DNA of 54,882 bases, taken from contig CANPPW010000004.1 in NCBI GenBank assembly GCA_947576095.1, positions 1 to 54,882 of the forward strand, in the 5' to 3' direction. Origin of the DNA: an uncultured Mycoplasmatota bacterium. GTDB lineage: Bacteria; Bacillota_I; Bacilli_A; RF39; UBA660. This document shows, piece after piece, positions 50,280 through 54,882 of this stretch; position 1 is the stretch's first letter, and each line of letters opens with the position of its first letter. The translations under genes and the position numbers were made by a program. The notes beneath the pieces were generated by a model that searched no databases, was not told the DNA's origin, and saw only the letters and a program-made list of their open reading frames with translations.

Positions 50280-51202
50280 ATTTTCACTTCTTTCATTTTA
50301 CAAATCAAATGATCTAAAACCAAGTTCATATTCAAATTCATCATAACTGATTCCTTTGCTTCCATTATTAAACCTATTTTATCACATAATTGAATTAAAT
50401 CATTATCATATGCAATATTAGTAATTATTTCACTATAATCTCTAAATATTTCTATAAAACGATCACATTTTATTTCAATTATATCTTTATAGAAATATAA
50501 CAATATATCGAAAGCGATTAACATATCCTCTTTTTTAGGAAATATATCTAACCATAGATTATTCTCATATAATATAGTAGCTTGTCCGTTTTTTTCCAAA
50601 AAGATTGCAAAGTTTACAATTGCATCTACTTTGTCCTTATCAATAGATATTCCAATAATAAAGTGTGAAAGATTAGCTACTGTATCATTGGACTCATATT
50701 TTCTCACATTTTTTAAAGATATAATTTGGCATCTAGAAACAATTGTAGGCAAAACTTGATAAAGATTATCTACAATTAGTAAAGCAATAATATTTTCTTC
50801 AGGTTCTTCTAAAAATTTTAAGATTGCATTAGCTGATGATTCATTTAAACGATCAGCATTCTCAATTATGTATATTTTTTTATTACTTTCAAGTGGTTTC
50901 TTTCCAAAATCATCTTGAAGTTCTTCCATTTGTGATTTTTTAATCCACATTCCATCTGAACGAATCCATTTCAAATCCAAAATATTTTCTGCCGTTTTGC
51001 TACAAATAGGACAAAATTTATCAGGCTTTTGAGTATGATGATTTGGACAAAGAAAATATCTAGCAATAGATAAAACAAAATCATATTTTCTTTCATATTC
51101 TTTAGCTTCTATTAAATAGGCATGTGAACATCTATTTTTTAAAATTGCATTTTTAATAATTTGACAAGCAATGGGCTGCTCTTTTATATAATTATCTAAC
51201 AT
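50267..51202 (-). CDS. holB: DNA polymerase III delta' subunit
   Basis: SHAYL, ANAILKFLEEP, LPTIVSRCQ. Confidence 0.92.
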   Translation of the reverse strand: MLDNYIKEQPIACQIIKNAILKNRCSHAYLIEAKEYERKYDFVLSIARYFLCPNHHTQKPDKFCPICSKTAENILDLKWIRSDGMWIKKSQMEELQDDFGKKPLESNKKIYIIENADRLNESSANAILKFLEEPEENIIALLIVDNLYQVLPTIVSRCQIISLKNVRKYESNDTVANLSHFIIGISIDKDKVDAIVNFAIFLEKNGQATILYENNLWLDIFPKKEDMLIAFDILLYFYKDIIEIKCDRFIEIFRDYSEIITNIAYDNDLIQLCDKIGLIMEAKESVMMNLNMNLVLDHLICKMKEVKICRK

Positions 51203-51224
51203 AAAATCATACAACCTCCTGTTT

Positions 51225-51413
51225 TTAATAAATAACTAGTAAAATAATCATAAGTCCTATTAATGCTGGAAGACCTAAAATAGATAGTAATAAAACAGTA
51301 AAAATATTAATAGGGATAAAAAGATTAAGGGGGGCTGCGATTAAATTATAACCATATAAAAAAAAGGTATTAAAAATTATTTTTTTCAAAAAATCAAATA
51401 TTCTCTTTATCAT
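51225..51413 (-). CDS. bofA: Pro-sigmaK processing inhibitor BofA
   Basis: Hydrophobic 62 aa with IPIN..T....ILGLP; follows recR. Confidence 0.82.
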   Translation of the reverse strand: MIKRIFDFLKKIIFNTFFLYGYNLIAAPLNLFIPINIFTVLLLSILGLPALIGLMIILLVIY

Positions 51414-51452
51414 ATTTCACCTCTATCAAACCATATGATAAAGAAAAATAAC

Positions 51453-52052
51453 TTATGCTATTTCTGTCCGATTATCTAGTGCTGTTTCTAGTGTCATTAA
51501 GTCAACATATTCCATATCTGCTCCCATAGGAATTCCATGAGCAATTTTTGTTATTTTAATGGGTAATCCATTTAGTATTTTAGATATATATAAAATCGTT
51601 GTCTCCCCTTCAATACTTGGTTTTAATGCTAAAATAATTTCTTCTATCTTTTCCTTATCAATGCGATCTAATAAAGTTTTTAACTCTATATCATCAGGAG
51701 AAATTCCATCTAGTGGAGATATTAAACCATTTAAAACATGGTATTGCCCCTTATAAGTTCCAATTTTTTCAAAACTAATAATATTTTTAGAATCCTCTAC
51801 AACACAGATGATTTTTTTGTTCCTAGTTAAATCTTTACATATTTCACATAATTCCCCTTCACATAAATTGTTACAAATCTTACATTTTTTTATTTTAATT
51901 TTACTATCAATTATTGATTTTGAAAATAAATTAATACTTTCACTATCCAATTTAAGAGTAGCCAAGGCTAGTCTTTCAGCTGTTTTTTCTCCAATTCCAG
52001 GTAATTTCTTATAACATTCTATTAAATTACTAATAGTTAATGGATACTTCAT
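51453..52052 (-). CDS. recR: Recombination protein RecR
   Basis: LPGIGEKTAERL, C4 zinc finger, EGETT. Confidence 0.97.
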   Translation of the reverse strand: MKYPLTISNLIECYKKLPGIGEKTAERLALATLKLDSESINLFSKSIIDSKIKIKKCKICNNLCEGELCEICKDLTRNKKIICVVEDSKNIISFEKIGTYKGQYHVLNGLISPLDGISPDDIELKTLLDRIDKEKIEEIILALKPSIEGETTILYISKILNGLPIKITKIAHGIPMGADMEYVDLMTLETALDNRTEIA

Positions 52053-52053
52053 T

Positions 52054-52350
52054 TTAAAATAAACCTGGCATTCCTTGTGTATATTTTCCTAGTTTTTCTT
52101 CTATATCTTTATCAATTTTTTTCATAGCATCATTAATGGAAACAACAAGTAAATCTTCTAATATTTCAATATCTTCCTTTTCAAGCTCATCCATTTCTAT
52201 TTTAACTTCCTGGATTTCTTTTTTACCATTTACTTTTACATGAACAAAAGAAGAACTCCCTTCATATATTGTATCATCAATTATCCCTTTTGCATTTTCC
52301 ATTTCTTTTTGAATTTTTTTTGCTTGTTTCATCATTGCTTGTATATTCAT
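52054..52350 (-). CDS. ybaB: YbaB/EbfC nucleoid-associated protein
   Basis: MMKQA..IQ, LEDL, GMPGLF; between dnaX and recR. Confidence 0.93.
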   Translation of the reverse strand: MNIQAMMKQAKKIQKEMENAKGIIDDTIYEGSSSFVHVKVNGKKEIQEVKIEMDELEKEDIEILEDLLVVSINDAMKKIDKDIEEKLGKYTQGMPGLF

Positions 52351-52365
52351 AATTTTTCCTCTTTT

Positions 52366-54030
52366 CTAATTTTCATATTCTATTATATCACCAAAAATTT
52401 CATCTATATCGTTTTTTTTATGATTTTGTTTTTTTTGTATTGGAATTTGTAAATTATCTTCTTGATAACAATATTGCTTTTTTTGAGTATTAAAATCCGT
52501 TTTTATTTGTTCCCATTCTATTTGATCACAAGAAATAACTTTTAAATGTTTTTTGTATACCAACTCAAATAAAGTCTCTATTGGTTCCAATTCTGCATTA
52601 AATTTTTCACTCAACCATTTTTTTTCAAATACAATTACAGCATATTTTTCACTTGCCGCTTTTATTTCCCCATCCATAATTAATGTAACATATTCGCTAT
52701 ATTGCGAATCTAAAGTATACGACATAAATTCTTCATATTTATTTTTCATATTTAATAAAATTTTTCTTTGAAATTCAGCTAATGTATTACTAATTCGTAA
52801 TTGTTTTATTTTTTCTATTAACTCTTTATTTTCATTCGATATTTTATTGAAAGAATCCAGATCTGGCTCTTTTTTCCGTGTAATTTTTTCCTGTTGAATT
52901 TGTGGAGGTTTTGTTTGATTCAAAAGTTTTTCCTTTTGCCTAATATGATTAATAGATGAGATTTGTTTAATAATCATTAATTCAAATAATATCTTAGGAT
53001 TATTTGAATTTTTCATCTTATATATATTTTCATTTATTAAATCAATTAATATAACTAATTCTTCTTGTTCTACTTTTTCATTGATTTTTTCATAAGGTTT
53101 CAAATTTAATGTTCTATTTGAAAAATAATTTGGAACTGTTTTATAAAGTAAAACATTTCTTAAAAACAACAAAATCTCTTCTGCGACTTTAACTAAATTT
53201 TTACCAGATTCATTATATAAATCAAATTGATTAAAAACTGCTGCTAGATCCCCAATAAATATATTTTCTATCAAATTTTGCAGTTCTTCTTGTGATACAG
53301 TTCCATTAATTTCATGTATATCAGATACCTGAATTATATCATTATTTCCCACGTAAGATATTACCTGATCTAATAAACCTATTGCATCTCTAAGTCCTCC
53401 ATCTGATAAACGAGCTATTTCTTCTAATGCATAGTTATCAATTTGTATATTTTCATTCTCAGCAATATATTTTAAACGTGTGGCAATCTGTAATACAGAA
53501 ATTTTTTTAAAATCAAAACGTTGACATCTAGATAATATAGTATCTGGTATCTTATGAGGTTCAGTAGTTGCTAGAATAAATAAAACATGTGATGGAGGTT
53601 CTTCTAATGTTTTTAGTAGTGCATTAAATGCACCAACTGTCAACATATGAACTTCATCTATAATATACACCTTATATTTACCATTACTTGGGACTAGATT
53701 TATTTTACTCTTTAATTCTCTTATTTCATCTACACCATTATTAGAAGCAGCATCAATCTCTATTATATCAGTCGTTTCTTTATTATTTATTTGCGTACAA
53801 TTGACACATAAGTTACAAGGAGTGATGCCATTTCGATTTTCACAATTGACTGTTTTTCCGATTATCTTAGCAATTGTGGTTTTACCAGTACCTCTAGGTC
53901 CTGCGAATAAATAAGCATGTGAGAGTTTATTATTTATAATCGCATTTTCAAATGTCTTTACAATCACTTCTTGTCCTACTACATCATCAAATTTTACTGG
54001 TCTATATTTTCTATATAACGCTTGATACAC
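52366..54030 (-). CDS. dnaX: DNA polymerase III gamma/tau subunit
   Basis: GTG start; LYRKYRP, GPRGTGKT, IDEVHML, SRC. Confidence 0.97.
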   Translation of the reverse strand: MYQALYRKYRPVKFDDVVGQEVIVKTFENAIINNKLSHAYLFAGPRGTGKTTIAKIIGKTVNCENRNGITPCNLCVNCTQINNKETTDIIEIDAASNNGVDEIRELKSKINLVPSNGKYKVYIIDEVHMLTVGAFNALLKTLEEPPSHVLFILATTEPHKIPDTILSRCQRFDFKKISVLQIATRLKYIAENENIQIDNYALEEIARLSDGGLRDAIGLLDQVISYVGNNDIIQVSDIHEINGTVSQEELQNLIENIFIGDLAAVFNQFDLYNESGKNLVKVAEEILLFLRNVLLYKTVPNYFSNRTLNLKPYEKINEKVEQEELVILIDLINENIYKMKNSNNPKILFELMIIKQISSINHIRQKEKLLNQTKPPQIQQEKITRKKEPDLDSFNKISNENKELIEKIKQLRISNTLAEFQRKILLNMKNKYEEFMSYTLDSQYSEYVTLIMDGEIKAASEKYAVIVFEKKWLSEKFNAELEPIETLFELVYKKHLKVISCDQIEWEQIKTDFNTQKKQYCYQEDNLQIPIQKKQNHKKNDIDEIFGDIIEYEN

Positions 54031-54079
54031 TTTTTTACCTCCTTTTTATACCTATTATAACTATATATTAAATAAATTG

Positions 54080-54520
54080 CTATTTTCTTTTTTGAGAAAA
54101 GAATTTTTTTAAGATTTTTTTACTTTCTTCCTCATATATATTTTTTTTTACTTCAATTTTATTTTTTTTACATACATATTCAAAAAATTTTTTTTCTTGT
54201 TCATTTAAATATAGACTATCTGCGGCATAAACTATTTTTTTTATACGAGATTGTATAATAGCACCCATACACATTTCACAAGGCTGTAAAGTTACATATA
54301 ATGTACATTCTTGTAATCTCCATTTTTTTAATTTTTTGCAGGCTCTTTCAATAGCAATCATTTCGGCATGTTTTGTTCCCTGTCTTTTTCTTTCTACCAT
54401 ATTATAAGCTTTGGAGATTATCTTATTATCTTTTGTAATTACTGCTCCAATTGGAACTTCATCTTTTTTATAGGCTAAATAGGCTTGATCTAAAGCTTTA
54501 CGCATAAAATTTTTTTCCAT
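54080..54520 (-). CDS. tadA: tRNA adenosine deaminase
   Basis: EVPIGA, HAE, PC..C; next to ffs and dnaX. Confidence 0.9.
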   Translation of the reverse strand: MEKNFMRKALDQAYLAYKKDEVPIGAVITKDNKIISKAYNMVERKRQGTKHAEMIAIERACKKLKKWRLQECTLYVTLQPCEMCMGAIIQSRIKKIVYAADSLYLNEQEKKFFEYVCKKNKIEVKKNIYEEESKKILKKFFSQKRK

Positions 54521-54541
54521 ATAATCACCATTTCAAAAAAA

Positions 54542-54615
54542 AAGCACACACATTTAGAGGTACTTAAGGCTGCTATCTTCCGATTCTGACCTGGTTCAAA
54601 CATAAATGTTGTGCT
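54542..54615 (-). ncRNA. ffs: Signal recognition particle RNA (small 4.5S type)
   Basis: Single hairpin with the conserved GGUCAG..UCGGAAGA.AGCAGCC S-domain core. Confidence 0.9.
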
Positions 54616-54709
54616 ACATATAATATATATGATAAGAATAAATAAATCAAGATTTTTCTAGTGTTACATTTTATAAAAATTTAACACATATATTTTTCAA
54701 ACATAATAA

Positions 54710-54753
54710 AACAAGACTGATAAAATCATTTCATGATCTTTATCAGTCTTGTT
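54710..54753. repeat. 15-bp perfect inverted repeat (terminator-like hairpin)
   Basis: AACAAGACTGATAAA...TTTATCAGTCTTGTT. Confidence 0.75.
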
Positions 54754-54788
54754 AAATAATAAATAATTCAACTATATATTCTATAAAA

Positions 54789-54882
54789 TTTTACTTCTTT
54801 CTCTTCCTTCTTACTATGTTTCACGTATAACATCTTTTTATTCCTTCGCTTTTTTTACTTCTTTCTCTTCCTTCTTACTATG
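54789..54882. repeat. 64-bp-period direct repeat containing a parS-like site
   Basis: 30-bp identical copies at 54789-54818 and 54853-54882; TGTTTCACGTATAACA at 54817-54832. Confidence 0.75.

Noticed and set aside
780-52771. Numerous short antisense ORFs in the track (e.g. 1139-1474, 11179-11460, 30958-31530, 41622-41972)
   Set aside because: They are shadow frames fully overlapping well-supported genes, with no RBS or recognisable motifs.
52869-52875. AAAAAAG in dnaX as an E. coli-type -1 frameshift site
   Set aside because: It is read G-AAA-AAA-GAG, not A-AAA-AAG, and I see no clear stimulatory hairpin.
54789-54882. 30-bp repeat with 34-bp spacer as a CRISPR array
   Set aside because: Only two copies, a low-complexity non-palindromic repeat with no typical CRISPR end motif, no cas genes, and the spacer is parS-like.

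Overview
Very AT-rich chromosomal segment from a genome-reduced, apparently spore-forming Bacilli-like Firmicute. It uses standard code 11 (TGA stops); an RF39-like lineage is a guess, not proven. Almost all genes lie on the minus strand. Positions ~18-54.9 kb are a compressed version of the Bacillus origin-proximal core: ffs-tadA-dnaX-ybaB-recR-bofA-holB-yaaT-yabB-rsmI-pth-mfd, ppaC, spoVT, T-box-dut-metG, tatD, DHH-rplI-dnaB, M23, walJ, rlmH, spoIIR, mntP, fba, murA, rpmE, rplM-rpsI, soj-spo0J, ychF. The most interesting part is 1-17.2 kb, an atypical type VII secretion (T7SS)-like system. It has two separate essC-esaB modules on either side of the rpsF-ssb-rpsR operon, no essA/essB/esaA in the window, and six divergent WXG100-like genes, two of them apparent tandem fusions. 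It also holds two unannotated, structured non-coding transcription units, each with its own near-consensus promoter and terminator. These share a 13-nt motif and carry mutually complementary 12-mers. All calls come from reading the sequence; no database searches were run.
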